The notes below the pieces were generated by a model, which was not told the origin of the DNA, did no database searches, and worked only from the letters and a program-made list of their open reading frames with translations. Made by a program: the position numbers and the translations under genes. A DNA stretch of 63,978 nt, the filler included, from Octopus bimaculoides (Eukaryota): NCBI RefSeq assembly GCF_001194135.2. It is 7 parts of 6 records of this genome, joined end to end, with 100 filler letters (N's around TTAATTAATTAA, not from the genome) between each part and the next. Parts side by side here need not be neighbours in the genome. Positions count along the whole stretch, not along the records: positions 1 to 16,933 come from NC_068996.1; positions 17,034 to 25,316 come from NC_068989.1; positions 25,417 to 45,983 come from NC_068983.1; 4 more parts are not named here. One strand, given 5' to 3'. Positions 13,533 through 25,559 of the stretch are shown one piece after another; the first letter of the stretch is position 1; the number at the start of each line of letters is the position of its first letter.

Positions 13533-13803
13533 NNNNNNNNNNNNNNNNNNNNNNNNNNNNNNNNNNNNNNNNNNNNNNNNNNNNNNNNNNNNNNNNNNNN
13601 NNNNNNNNNNNNNNNNNNNNNNNNNNNNNNNNNNNNNNNNNNNNNNNNNNNNNNNNNNNNNNNNNNNNNNNNNNNNNNNNNNNNNNNNNNNNNNNNNNNN
13701 NNNNNNNNNNNNNNNNNNNNNNNNNNNNNNNNNNNNNNNNNNNNNNNNNNNNNNNNNNNNNNNNNNNNNNNNNNNNNNNNNNNNNNNNNNNNNNNNNNNN
13801 NNN

Positions 13804-13868
<65 letters not shown>

Positions 13869-14609
13869 ACACACACACGGCAAAATCTTGACCAACAGAC
13901 ATCTGAAATTTGTTTTGAAATTACATTCTGAAAACAATTCAACTTCGAACATCAGACATTTTCAGATAGCAATCGTTGCAATTTCTCAATTTTCCTAGAA
14001 TTAAAATTTAAACATATAAATCTTTAAATTTCTTTATAAGCTAGATGATATATGAATTTATTTAAAATATATCCGCAAATCTGTTTTCATTTATGTTCTG
14101 CATAGCCTGTTTGCGCGTGCGTGCGTGCGTGCGTGCGTGCATGCGCGTATCTGAGCGATATATAAAGATGGAGTGACAGCGATAAAGCTAGACAGGAGAG
14201 AGAAAGAATCTATGTGTGTATGAGTATGCGTGTGAGTGTGCATAGGCGTTGTGTTTGATTTTGGGTGCGATTTTATGTCTTTCTTTCATCAATTACCATA
14301 TTTAATGGCATATAGGAAGCGCATTTCTGTGGGAAAAAAATCTTTTAAAAAATCACCTCGAGTCCTAAATGCGATGTTGGACTTGAAAACATGCTTTAAT
14401 GTACTGAAAACTTTTTTTTCCTAAATATGCACTACTGAAATTGAGATGCATCTAATATGCCCATCTTTCTTCTGTGCCATCAAATACTGTAATATTATTT
14501 ACATATACCATCTATTTAAGCTATGTTTAAACATGTCTTGACGAACTCATCCCACCAAGAAACAGCTGTATAGATATCTGCCTGTTTCCGTCATTACAAA
14601 ACAAAGTCG

Positions 14610-14740
14610 TTTGTGCTTTGCAGGATATTGCTGGTGAGCTAAACAAGAGCTGTCAAGTGACCTATTGCTATAGATGCCAAAATATGGCCGTACTTGAGCA
14701 GGTCGTTCAAACACAACGTATGTAGATCAACTCACCTTAA
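14610..14740 (+). mobile_element. RTE-like LINE C-terminal fragment
   Basis: AGYCW*AKQELSSDLLL*MPKYGRT*AGRSNTTYVDQL; overlaps in homology with 15520-15775. Confidence 0.65.
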
Positions 14741-14902
14741 ATGTGTTAGGGTCACAATTCTTTTGCTAGCAAAAGTAATAGGTAGAGATTTTGCAGTAAT
14801 ACGAATAGTTAAATGACTTTGAACTAGGGTGGTTAGATGGAGCTGATGCGTGTTAGCAACATATGAAAGCCGATGAAAATAGACAGTACTAGATGATTAA
14901 AA
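14741..14902 (+). repeat. Unclassified ~200-bp interspersed repeat; inverted copy at 15993-16200 and partial copy at 15845-15936
   Basis: Alignable along its length with the reverse complement of 15993-16200; contains the palindrome CTTTTGCTAGCAAAAG. Confidence 0.75.
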
Positions 14903-14911
14903 TATATATAT

Positions 14912-15080
14912 ATATATAATTTAGAGAAAAGAACCAAAGTTCATGAACTCATCCCTGAAAATCCAGTCACATATAGAAAAATACACTAAAAAGAACTATA
15001 ATAAAATACAAAGTAATAATATGACTGTGGATTGTCATGGATGAGTTCATGAATTTTGGTTCTTTTCTCTAAATTATATA
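14912..15080. mobile_element. Hairpin MITE embedded in (TA)n
   Basis: ~50-bp TIRs (TATATAATTTAGAGAAAAGAACCAAAxTTCATGAACTCATCC...) with few mismatches. Confidence 0.85.
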
Positions 15081-15175
15081 TTTATATATTATATACTGTG
15101 AAATTAAATTTAATTTTAATTTTTGATAAATTGAATTTAATTGAGTTTTTACCTGTAAATTTGGATTTTTATCCC

Positions 15176-15217
<42 letters not shown>

Positions 15218-15519
15218 GTAGTATATTGCCACTTACGTGTGGCTGACCCCTAGGGGTGGATGTTACTGTTGCTTTTAGCCCCAGGAGGACATCTCCTCCA
15301 GCTNNNNNNNNNNNNNNNNNNNNNNNNNNNNNNNNNNNNNNNNNNNNNNNNNNNNNNNNNNNNNNNNNNNNNNNNNNNNNNNNNNNNNNNNNNNNNNNNN
15401 NNNNNNNNNNNNNNNNNNNNNNNNNNNNNNNNNNNNNNNNNNNNNNNNNNNNNNNNNNNNNNNNNNNNNNNNNNNNNNNNNNNNNNNNNNNNNNNNNNAT
15501 ATATATATATATATAAAGG

Positions 15520-15775
15520 CACTTGTGCTTTGCAGGACATTTCTAGTAAGCTAAACGAGAACTGGCAAGTGATTTGTTGCTACAAATGCCAAATCACGGC
15601 CATATTCGAGCAGGTCATTCGAATACAACATAATATGCAGCTCAGCTCACAAAAGACACTGGATACCTCCCCGAAGACCTCCCTCAACTAATGTAAGACT
15701 GAGGTGGATGGCATGTGCGGGTTAAAAATGTCTAAGCAAACTCGACCAGATAATGATGACCTATCGAAGGAAATA
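15520..15775 (+). mobile_element. RTE-like LINE 3' fragment
   Basis: Degenerate ...DTGYLPEDLPQLM*D*GGW... peptide, then a short GAT-type tail. Confidence 0.6.
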
Positions 15776-16269
15776 CGTAGTGTATCGTTGCAATAAGAAC
15801 AATTTTGGGTTCTCCTAACTTCTATGGGTTAATTGCTTCAAATTATGTAGGAATAGCGTATGGGTTTAATTGCGTCGAAATGGATAGAGTTAGTGTATGG
15901 TTTTAGTTGCCTCGAATGTGTTAGGGTCGTAGTTCTAGCAAAAGAACTACGACCCTAACACATTCGAGGCAACTAACCGAGGTGTTATTAAGTTTTTAAT
16001 CATCTAGTAATATCTATTTTCATCGGCACTTCACATGTTGCTAACATGCATCAACTCCACATAAGCCCGCTAAGTGAAGGTCATTTACCTGGTCGTATAA
16101 CTGCAAGTTCTCCTCCGATTACTTTTTCCATTAAAAAAAACCTGCGACACTAACACATTCGAGCTATCAAAAGCAACTAGACCCATACACTATCCCTACA
16201 GACCAAAACCTTGTGAGTGACTTCAGTTGAGAGAAACTGTGTATATTCGCGTGCGCTTGCGTGTGTGTT

Positions 16270-16490
16270 TCTACGTGTTTGTGTTTAACCCCATCGCTTG
16301 ACAACCGGTGTGGTGTTTATGTCCCCGTAATTTAAACGGTTCGGCAAGAAAGACCGATAGAATAAATACCAAACTTAAAATAGAAAAAAAGGTACTGGAG
16401 TTGATTTGTTCCACTAAAATACTTCAAGGCGGTGCCCCAGTATGCCCGTTGTCTAATAACTGAAACGAGCAAAAGATGCTAGAGTAAATA
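16270..16490 (-). mobile_element. SINE family C
   Basis: Homologous to 23125(+), 31306(-), 46835(-), 55860(+) and 56325(+). Confidence 0.8.
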
Positions 16491-16744
16491 AAAACAAAAT
16501 AAGGACATGTTGCTGTATACAAGATTGATACACACCTTTGGTTTGCAAACAAGCAATTTTGTGTCATCGAATTCTCCACCATTAATACTTGTGTCTATAT
16601 TAGAAAGAATTATTACAACATCCTCAAATCTTTTCAACTGTAATCTTTTGTTTTAGTCCATAAAATTGCGACCATGCTGGAGCACCACCTTGAAATGTTT
16701 GGTCGAACGTATTGAATCCACCATCACTTTTTCAAAAATTAGGA

Positions 16745-16897
16745 GTGGCTGTGTGGTAAGTAGCTTGCTTACCAACCACATAGTTCCGGGTTCAGTCCCA
16801 TTGTGTGGCACGTTGGGTAAGTGTCTTCTACTATAGCCTCAGGCCGACAAAAGCCTTGTAAGTGGATTTGATAGACAGAAACTGAAAGAAGCCCGTC

Positions 16898-16900
<3 letters not shown>
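16745..16900 (+). mobile_element. SINE family B
   Basis: Near-consensus copy ending GAAGCCCGTCG then (TA)n. Confidence 0.88.
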
Positions 16901-16933
<33 letters not shown>

Positions 16934-17033
16934 NNNNNNNNNNNNNNNNNNNNNNNNNNNNNNNNNNNNNNNNNNNNTTAATTAATTAANNNNNNNNNNN
17001 NNNNNNNNNNNNNNNNNNNNNNNNNNNNNNNNN

Positions 17034-17410
17034 GCAAAATGTGGAATCTGAAGACGAAAACAATACCTATTGTCATAGGTGCCCTGGGAATGACAGCGAA
17101 ACGGGCTGATTACTACCTAGCTCAGATACCAGGAAACCCCAAAATAGCTGAAGTTCAAAAGATAGTGCTCATGGGAACTGCCCATATCCTACGTAAAATA
17201 CTGTCTATGTGATCTCAAATTTTAAAGCTAACACATAATTTTCTTATGGTTTCTTAAACATTCACTAGAACAAAACTGTACAAATCCAAATATATGGTAC
17301 CCTAGGCATAACACCTACATGAACTTCTAACTTGTTGTCTCTTGAGGTCTCTGGGTGAGACTTGGATCCAACTTGTACAAATGCAAAACAAAAGTCAAAC
17401 ATAAAATAAT
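17034..17410 (+). mobile_element. R4/Dong-like LINE 3' end
   Basis: KMWNLKTKTIPIVIGALG...EVQKIVLMGTAHILRKILSM*, then 3' UTR ending in AATAATAAT. Confidence 0.88.
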
Positions 17411-17626
17411 AATACTTTCTACTATAGGTACAAGGCCCGAAATTTCAGGGAGAGGACTAGTCGATAAGATCGATCCCCTGTACACAACTGGTACTTAATT
17501 TATCGACTTCGGAAGGATGAAAGGCAAATCGACCTCGGCGGAATTTGAACGCAGGACATAGTGACGGGTGAAATACCACTAAGCATTTGGTCCAGCGTGC
17601 TAACGATTGTGCCAGCTCACCGCCTT
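17411..17626 (-). mobile_element. SINE family A, flanked by AAT tracts on both sides
   Basis: Full-length homology to 568-784; AATAATAAT on each flank. Confidence 0.88.
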
Positions 17627-17639
17627 AATAATAATGATC

Positions 17640-20235
17640 GTTAAGTACAAATTGACCCAACTGAATTAAATGAGCTGAAGGATCAAATCATAATTGAATG
17701 GCTGAAAATTAAGGGAACCGGTGTGGATAAACGTGTCACTCTCTAAAAAAATTCACAATTCTAAGCAAAGCCTGAAAGCAATTGATAATGTTCGCACTGC
17801 TTTTAAAGACATAATTGCAACTAAGGATATCGATGTTACAAAACTCAGCCACCTTTACTATGCTTTTGCTAAGATTTTAATGAGCCTATGTGGTGAAAAA
17901 CAAACAAACAAACGAAAGTATCTCCACAGACAGACTGCTTGGCAACAGTGAATTCATCAAGAAATTGAATTAGACCTGACATAGGATGTTTAAAAAAACT
18001 TCAAATCTGGGAAGAATATCAAACCATTTAAAATAGGAAAATTGACGAGAAAATATAATATAAAATCTAGTTTGACATTGACACAACTATAGAAACTATC
18101 AAGCGAAAGGTTTCTTCTAAATGTGTCCGCATATCACGATATGAAAAATGCATTAGGCTCTTCAAGGACAACATATTCTAAAACAGTCCAGAAACGAAGT
18201 ACAGGAATTTTGGAGTAGAATCTGTGAAGAAGAAAAAAAGAAAACAGTAAAAATGCTCCTTGGATTGACTGATTATACTGACTCAGTCCATTTAGAAGAG
18301 AAAAAGTGGGTTGAGTCAGGATGTAAGATCTGCTCTCTGAAAAATCAAGTAAATGGAAGTCTCCTAATTTTTGGTTGAATGCCTTCTCAGAAAACCATGG
18401 ACTACTGACTAGACTACTCACCCTCTTAACTATGTGTATCTACATCTACTTTGACTGAATACGGGTTCAACTTCTTTATAGAAAATGACACCTTCCCCAA
18501 TGAGGAAAAAAGGCTGTAAACATGAGTCTTATGGCTGTAAAAATCAGCTTCTCATCAATAAGGTGATTTAGAAGATTGCCACAACCAGCGGAAGAACTTA
18601 TCAATAGCTTTGGTAGACTATGGAAAAGTTGTCGACAGTCTACCACATAGCTGGATCAAGAAATGTCTGATAACATAACATATCACCTAGTTAAAGAAAC
18701 TTTCTGTCTATTAGTGCGAAATCACTGACTACAACACTGAATTTGAACAATGAGAAGAAATTTCTGAATGTGAGGGGTTAAGATCTCGTGTGGTATTTTT
18801 AAGGGTGATTCTGTATCATCACTATTCTTTTATCTAGCCAGATTACTCCATGTTACACAACATGACTATAAAATTTATGAGAAAACCACAGGTCATCTTT
18901 TTTACATGGATGATTGAAAGCTCTTCGCAAAAAATTATCAACGACTACGAGGCCTACAATCAGCTGTAAAACAGTTTAGTGATGACATTAGGTTGGAATT
19001 TGGCCTTAATAAATGCACGAAAGCTACCTTCACCAGACGGAAACTCTCAAAATCATTCAACGTTGAACATGGTCATCAAATTGCTATAGAGGAGTTACAA
19101 CCAGAGGAAGGTTATACATACGAAAATATGAAGACGATAGACCCAAACACTCAACAATGAGGGAAAAGATCAGAAAAGAATGTAAGCGAAGGGTAAAAAC
19201 ATACTCAAGATAAAGCTAAACGCAAGGAACAGAATAAAAGCAATTAATTCTTCAGCCGTACCGTTCGTAACTTATAATTTCTTCATAATTAACTGGTCAA
19301 GTGCTGAAATCTGTAAGTCTGATAGAAAAAATTGGAAAAGTTTTACAATCAATAGAATGCACTACCCTAAAACAGACACGGAACGACTCTACTTACCAAG
19401 AAGGAAAGGAAGCCGTGGACTCCTACGTCTTAAATTTTCAATGAAAATTGCCACGATTAGCCCAAACTATCTTATGAAAAACTCCGAGCGTTGGATGCTA
19501 AAAATTGTTTCAAAGTACGAAATCAATAAACAATTATTTTCAATAATAAAAGAAGCAAGAAAATATTTACGATAATTTCAAACATAAGAAGTCCCAGAAG
19601 AAGCAGAGTAACAGTTAAACACATGGAAACCCTCACTAAAAACGCAGCCTTAAATAATCTTACTGGTAAATGGCAGAAGAGAACCACTTCATGGTAAATA
19701 ATTAGAGAGAGCTGTCAATGCTGATGTGATGTTGACAAATCTCTTACTCATCTGTGGTTAGCGTTCTCTGGTTTAAAATCAGAGCCCGGATAGTTAATCA
19801 TAGCAGCTCAGGATCTATGCCTACCTACAAGAAGCTATCGGGCCAACATTTTAAAGAATGGAAGTACCTCAACATATAAAGTGTAAACAAAAGAAAAAAA
19901 ACAGTATGAAACCATCGACTACATTGTCTCCATCATAGTATCTCAACAGGTATGATAGAACCACACAATACATCCACTGGGTAATTTACAAAGATGTAGA
20001 TCTGCCCCATCATAGAAAATGGTGGGAACACAATTCAACTCCAGTACTTGAAAAAGATCACATCTCAGTTCTATGGAACTTTTTGTTCAAACTAACAGAA
20101 AGCTAGAATCAAACAGGCCAGGTGAAAATTTTGCTTCTTCAATGATATGAGTGTTCTAATTGATATAAATGTATCTGTGAAGAACAACCAAAAGTATATT
20201 AATTAGCAAGGCAACGTTAACAGCCGATGTTAAGA
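17640..20235 (+). mobile_element. R4/Dong-like RLE LINE, ~2.6 kb, heavily degenerate
   Basis: GDSVSPLF-like motif, HLFYMDD*KLFAK, LEFGLNKCTKATF, MHYPKTDTERLYLPRRKGSRGL, IIAAQDLCL, RYDRT-type motif, WWEH, LWNF, DMSVLID; many stops and frameshifts. Confidence 0.9.
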
Positions 20236-20259
20236 TGTAAAGAGTCGGAACAAAATAAA

Positions 20260-20425
20260 TTGCTTCTCACATAGGCACAAATCCAGCAATTTTTAGGGAC
20301 TAGATATAAGTCAGTACCTTCGATTCTAGTGCTTGATAGGTACTTTGTTTTATCGCTCTGGATGGATAAAAGGCAAAGTTAACCGTGACGAGTTTTGAAC
20401 TCAGAATGTAAAGATCTGGAAACAA
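20260..20425 (-). mobile_element. SINE family A
   Basis: Diverged homology; directly follows the LINE. Confidence 0.7.
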
Positions 20426-21434
20426 TGATTTGTTTGTAGGGAAAAGTGCTTAAATTTGGGTTGAGTATTAAATAAACGCTAGTATGTGACTGGTGCTTTT
20501 GTTTTTTCAATTCCGGAAAGATCAAAGACGAAGTCAGTCATGGCGGTTGGTGGAGCGGTGTTGTTTTTCAGTCCTAGGTCAACTTTCGCCGAGCAGAAAG
20601 ATGTTTCTTCTTGATTGTCTCATCTTTTTGTGTATATGTACATGACTGCCACAATTTTGGACAAGGTATTATTTTCATTTTATTTAAGATGCTATGTGTA
20701 TTTTGAGGGCGATTTAGCTGATATTCCTAGCAAGCCAAACAACCATGTAGAACTTTCGTCGTTGGCTTGCAATTACCGAAAGTCACTCATTCCCGTGTGG
20801 GAAAAGTAATGTAATCCATTACCTTAAAAGTTTCTCAAGATATTCTGTTTATACATACACTTAAGCCCAGCTGTATTTGACGTGGTCAGTAAAAAGTCCA
20901 TTCGATCGTCACCATTCCCAACTCTCTTCAATTTAAAAGTGGAATTTATAGACGTAGTCGGACAGATTTGAAGAGTTTCCTGAAGATCTATTAGATGCGA
21001 TATACTCTTGAGTCCAAGACGCTGCTGATAGAAACCCGATTCTCATAAAAGTATTCTATTTTATATACATTTTTATCCTGTCGAGGATTTAAAATTAAAT
21101 TACTGTTCGGCTATTTTAGGATCAATAAGGCTAATTCCTTTATCCCAAAGATAATATTTAGTACAGAGCAACATAATTATTGATGAACAAAGATTCAGAT
21201 GAAAGATTACTTCAAATGAATAATAGAACGACAGTAAGTCTGAAAGACTTTTGAATAATAGAATAATTTATGAATAAACAGATTTTTCTTGGGAGAAATA
21301 TGTCAAAGACGAACGATTTGTCAGATTTCTTTGAAGGTAAAGTTTACCTCTACTTAAAATTCTCAAACAAAATGGAAGTTTTGAGAGCAGTGCTAAAGTT
21401 GAGGTATTGGAACTGGTGAAATCCTTATTGTGCT

Positions 21435-21615
21435 TGGTAGATATATATCTTGGTAGATATATATCTTGGTAGATATATATCTTGGTAGATATATAATCTT
21501 GGTAGATATATATCTCGGTAGATATATATCTTGGTAGATATATATCTTGGTAGATATATAATCTTGGTAGATATATATATATATATCTTGGTAGATATAT
21601 ATATATATCTACCAA
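21435..21615. repeat. 16-bp minisatellite (TCTTGGTAGATATATA)n ending in an inverted unit
   Basis: About 10 units with variable TA number; terminal palindrome TTGGTAGA-(TA)n-TCTACCAA at ~21588-21615. Confidence 0.92.
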
Positions 21616-21623
21616 TCCGACAA

Positions 21624-21719
<96 letters not shown>

Positions 21720-22889
21720 TACACATTTACTTAGCAGCGAATAGTTCAGAAATTCACGTTTATGATTTCAAACAACGTTGTTATGGACTCTGCCTTTCAT
21801 ATCAAGTTTTATACAGTAAATACTATTACAGTAAATATTATTACTCTATTAAATTCAACTAGTTATATAACTAACCATGTTTGCATCACCTCAAAATAAT
21901 GGGAGTGTTTACATACTTTTCGACATATTCTCAATAAAACGTTTTACTCAGACTAGGTGCCTTGGGTGTAGTTTCTCAACCATCATAGTTTTTTAGTGTA
22001 AGCTGAGCATTAGACTCATTTGTATACGTTTGTTACTGTGCGATATATAGGAGTACATGCTTTGCTATGTGCCCTCAACTCCTTAAGTGGGAAGGGCACT
22101 ATCCTGAAATAAGGTGCGTTTTAGATATTTTTAGGTCTTGCGAAGTTCACCCTTCTTTAGATTTGGTCAAAGCCAATTTCCCGCAGAAAAAAAAAAACAG
22201 ATAGACAAGGAGAAAGAAACGAACCGATCTCAGTTCAGAATTGGTATTTTATTTATCGTCTTCGAAATGATGAAAAACAAGCTTCATTTTGACGAAATTT
22301 GAATTCGGAACGATTAGTGCAAAGCAATCTATCTGATACACTAACAGCTCTGCCAACATGCTACCTTATATTGGGATACATCTTATTTTCTATAAGGATT
22401 TTTACGTAGACTTCTAGCGACCATACGGAAAAGGAAAGTTGAAGCTTGTGATAGCCATTATGATATTTTCCCGAATATTACATTAACTTAAAGACGATCA
22501 TTGATTTGATTGGAATATAGATCTGTAGTCGATAATCTAGCATTCGTAAGGACGACTTTCTCTATTCCAAATTATATATTTCACACAGACATTTCATAGA
22601 AAAAACACTAGGGGATTCTCTTGACTGGATTGTTTGAAGCCCAAGTCACTGCATTGAGTTTAGATATAAACAATGTAAATTGTGAGCTGCTATTTTTGTT
22701 ACCAGTATCATCGTTGTATCTTGACTCCAGGTCAGAATTAAATGAGGAGGTCTATAAAAAAAAAAACACATTGAAACCGTAATCAACATGATGATGATGT
22801 CTTCAGGCATCAAGTACTTAATACTGATGGTTGCAACTCAATTTCGAGGAAAACTATCGCTAGACGATTGTTCTCTTAAAACATTAGTT

Positions 22890-23080
22890 GCACGAATGTG
22901 GCTTTTCAGTTTTGTTAGGGGCCGACACTCCTTTGTACAGATCTGGCGACGATAAGTGCTGTCTGCAGCATCAGTCCAGGGAGCTTATCACTGAGACTGA
23001 CATATGCCTTCATTTCGTCATGGAATTTTTCATTGAATGATCTACCTTCTTCGGCAACAGACAGCCATAGCATGTAACTC
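22890..23080 (-). mobile_element. RTE-like LINE 3' relic with C2H2-like motif
   Basis: ICTKECRPLTKLKSHIRA; same motif as 2130-2320. Confidence 0.45.
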
Positions 23081-23124
23081 ATAACGGGGAGATGTTAATA
23101 GAATTCTTTTACCTTTTAGATCAT

Positions 23125-23319
23125 GGTCTTGCTGGGGCACCGCTTTGAAGGATTTCTTTAGTCGAATGAATCGACCCCAGTACTTATTTGTTTTTAAATC
23201 CTGGTACTTATTCCATCGATCGCTTTCTGCTGAATAGCTAAATTACGTGGACGTAAAAACACAATCACTGGTTGTCAAACGGTGGTGGGGTGTAAACACA
23301 GACACAAAGATACAAAATA

Positions 23320-23320
<1 letters not shown>
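23125..23320 (+). mobile_element. SINE family C
   Basis: Homology to other copies; tail runs into (CA)n. Confidence 0.8.
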
Positions 23321-23398
<78 letters not shown>

Positions 23399-23419
23399 GC
23401 ACGCACGCACGCACACACA

Positions 23420-23535
23420 CGACGGGCTTCCTTCAGTTTCTCCCCTACCAAATCCACTCACAAGTCTTTGGTCGGCCCGAGGCTATAGCAGAAGCTACTT
23501 GCCCAAAGTGCCACACAGTGGTACCGAACGCCTGA
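23420..23535 (-). mobile_element. SINE family B, tail-to-tail with the family C copy across (CA)n
   Basis: Homology to 16745-16900. Confidence 0.8.
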
Positions 23536-23909
23536 AAACATCAAGACATGCTTGTGTCTGATAACCTTTAGAAATAAGGGGCTTTGCATAGGGCCAATCT
23601 CTATCTCTGATCAACGTATGCATTTCCCCCGAAAGAACTAGTCTATATCATTAGATGCATACGAAGTTTTCCTTTTAAAGAGATACTTAAATAAAGACTT
23701 CTGGCATCTCTAGCGCCCACGTAGAGTCTTCATATTCCTTATTTAGTAGCGTACCACTAGTGTTGTGTGTCTTGTTGGTGTGTTTTACATAACTAACGAT
23801 ATATACTTAAAGAAATGTCTCCACAATTTTTTCAAAAGAAGCCTGGTAGTATAAGTTGTTTAACAATATATTGATTTGTAGCAGCGATTGATTAATCCCA
23901 GTAATTCAT

Positions 23910-24118
23910 TCTCATATAGGAACAAAGCTTGATATTTTCGAGGAAAAGGCTAGTCGGTTACATCCACCCCAATACTCGACTGATACTTATTTTATAATTT
24001 TCGAAAGGGTGAAAGGTAAAGTCAATCTCAGCAGAATTACAACTCAGAAATAAAGCCGGAAGAAAAGCCGCTGAAAATTTCGTTCGGCGTGCTAACGATT
24101 TTGCCCACTCGCCTCCTT
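23910..24118 (-). mobile_element. SINE family A with ~16-bp TSD
   Basis: Flanks ATTAATCCCAGTAATT and ATTAATTCCAGTAATT (1 mismatch). Confidence 0.8.
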
Positions 24119-24553
24119 ATTAATTCCAGTAATTAATTGGCAATTATTTTATCAACCACCAACCATGAAAGAATGAATTACCCATAGAGACTTCCACCAG
24201 TATTCCAATCTAGAAATTAGCCCTTTGAATCCATGAGTACACTGTAGCAGGCGAGATTTCATTTGGTTAAACTCCTGGCAGGCGTAAAATCGAGCGGTCT
24301 CATGGGTTTTCTTTACTGCTAAAACTAAAGATGTTTCTACCAATTAGCGAGTCGTAAACACAAGACACCATATGGTCACCCGTTTTTGCGTTTTCCAAAC
24401 AAAATCTTCCCCACTGAAGTGCTTTCGCGAGTTCAAGACGTTAAACGAGGAATAATTAGACAGCAATGCAGTCCATTGGGCTTGAAGAAACATTTAAGAA
24501 CTGAAGGAGAAGTATCAAATGTATGCAGAAAGAAAAGGAAAGAGAGAGGAGAA

Positions 24554-24591
<38 letters not shown>

Positions 24592-24602
24592 AGTGTGTGT
24601 GT

Positions 24603-24644
<42 letters not shown>

Positions 24645-25252
24645 TGGACATGTTTAAATATCATAATTAAACGAGCCATTATGTATATAAAGACATAAAC
24701 ATTTCCAATATGCACTTCAAAACATACTCCAGATATATGCGATTAATTGAGCGAGCAATATTATTGTGAAATCGAAAACTACACCATCAACTGCATTCAA
24801 TTAATATTAATGAGGGAAATGATATTTCTATAATTAACAAAGTGAGTAAAAGAATGCGAAGCAGAGGTGCTAATTAAAGATATTATTCATAAATTGACGT
24901 TCATTATAACAGCACATAATTAATGATATATGTCTTTTTTTTCAATAAAAGGAAAGAATTATAAGAAAAAAAGCTAGAGATAAAAAAAGTAAAAATAATG
25001 GAAGCAGCATTTCTATAGTTAGTTTTAAGAAATATTTCCTTCTTTCAGGTTTCCGGAAGTAGGAATTTATGGGTAAACAAAGAATTTATATGAACAGCTT
25101 GCTTATCATTGAATGCTAAGCTCAATTAGTTTGTGTTATGGTTCTATTAAGACTAAGTATAATGGTAAGACTGTGATAATTCTATGTGTATGCATGAATG
25201 TTTGTATGCATATGTATGAATATAGGTAGCTAGATATGTACGGTTGCACACA

Positions 25253-25316
<64 letters not shown>

Positions 25317-25509
25317 NNNNNNNNNNNNNNNNNNNNNNNNNNNNNNNNNNNNNNNNNNNNTTAATTAATTAANNNNNNNNNNNNNNNNNNNNNNNNNNNN
25401 NNNNNNNNNNNNNNNNTATATATACATATATATACATATATATACATATAAATCTATATATGTGAAAAGGTTGAGTTATATTTCATCCTTTACTTTGGAG
25501 GGTTCCAAA

Positions 25510-25559
25510 ATGGCGATTTCTAACAAAGATTCTTCATATATTGCTGGTGGCTTACTGGC
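25510..25559 (+). CDS. Candidate short first coding exon (MAISNKDSSYIAGGLL, phase 2), unidentified
   Basis: CAAAATGGCG start context (also a YY1 core) and donor GC|GTAAGT at 25560. No homology recognised. Confidence 0.22.

Noticed and set aside
16978-16989. TTAATTAATTAA as a recurring biological motif
   Set aside because: Always centred in a 100-bp N block; an assembly linker.
21435-21615. CRISPR-like array
   Set aside because: Head-to-tail tandem units with no unique spacers, in eukaryotic context; no cas genes anywhere in the window.
25049-25072. 24-nt microexon (TTTCAG|...|GTAAAC)
   Set aside because: Good acceptor but mediocre donor and no supporting homology; matches of this quality are expected by chance.
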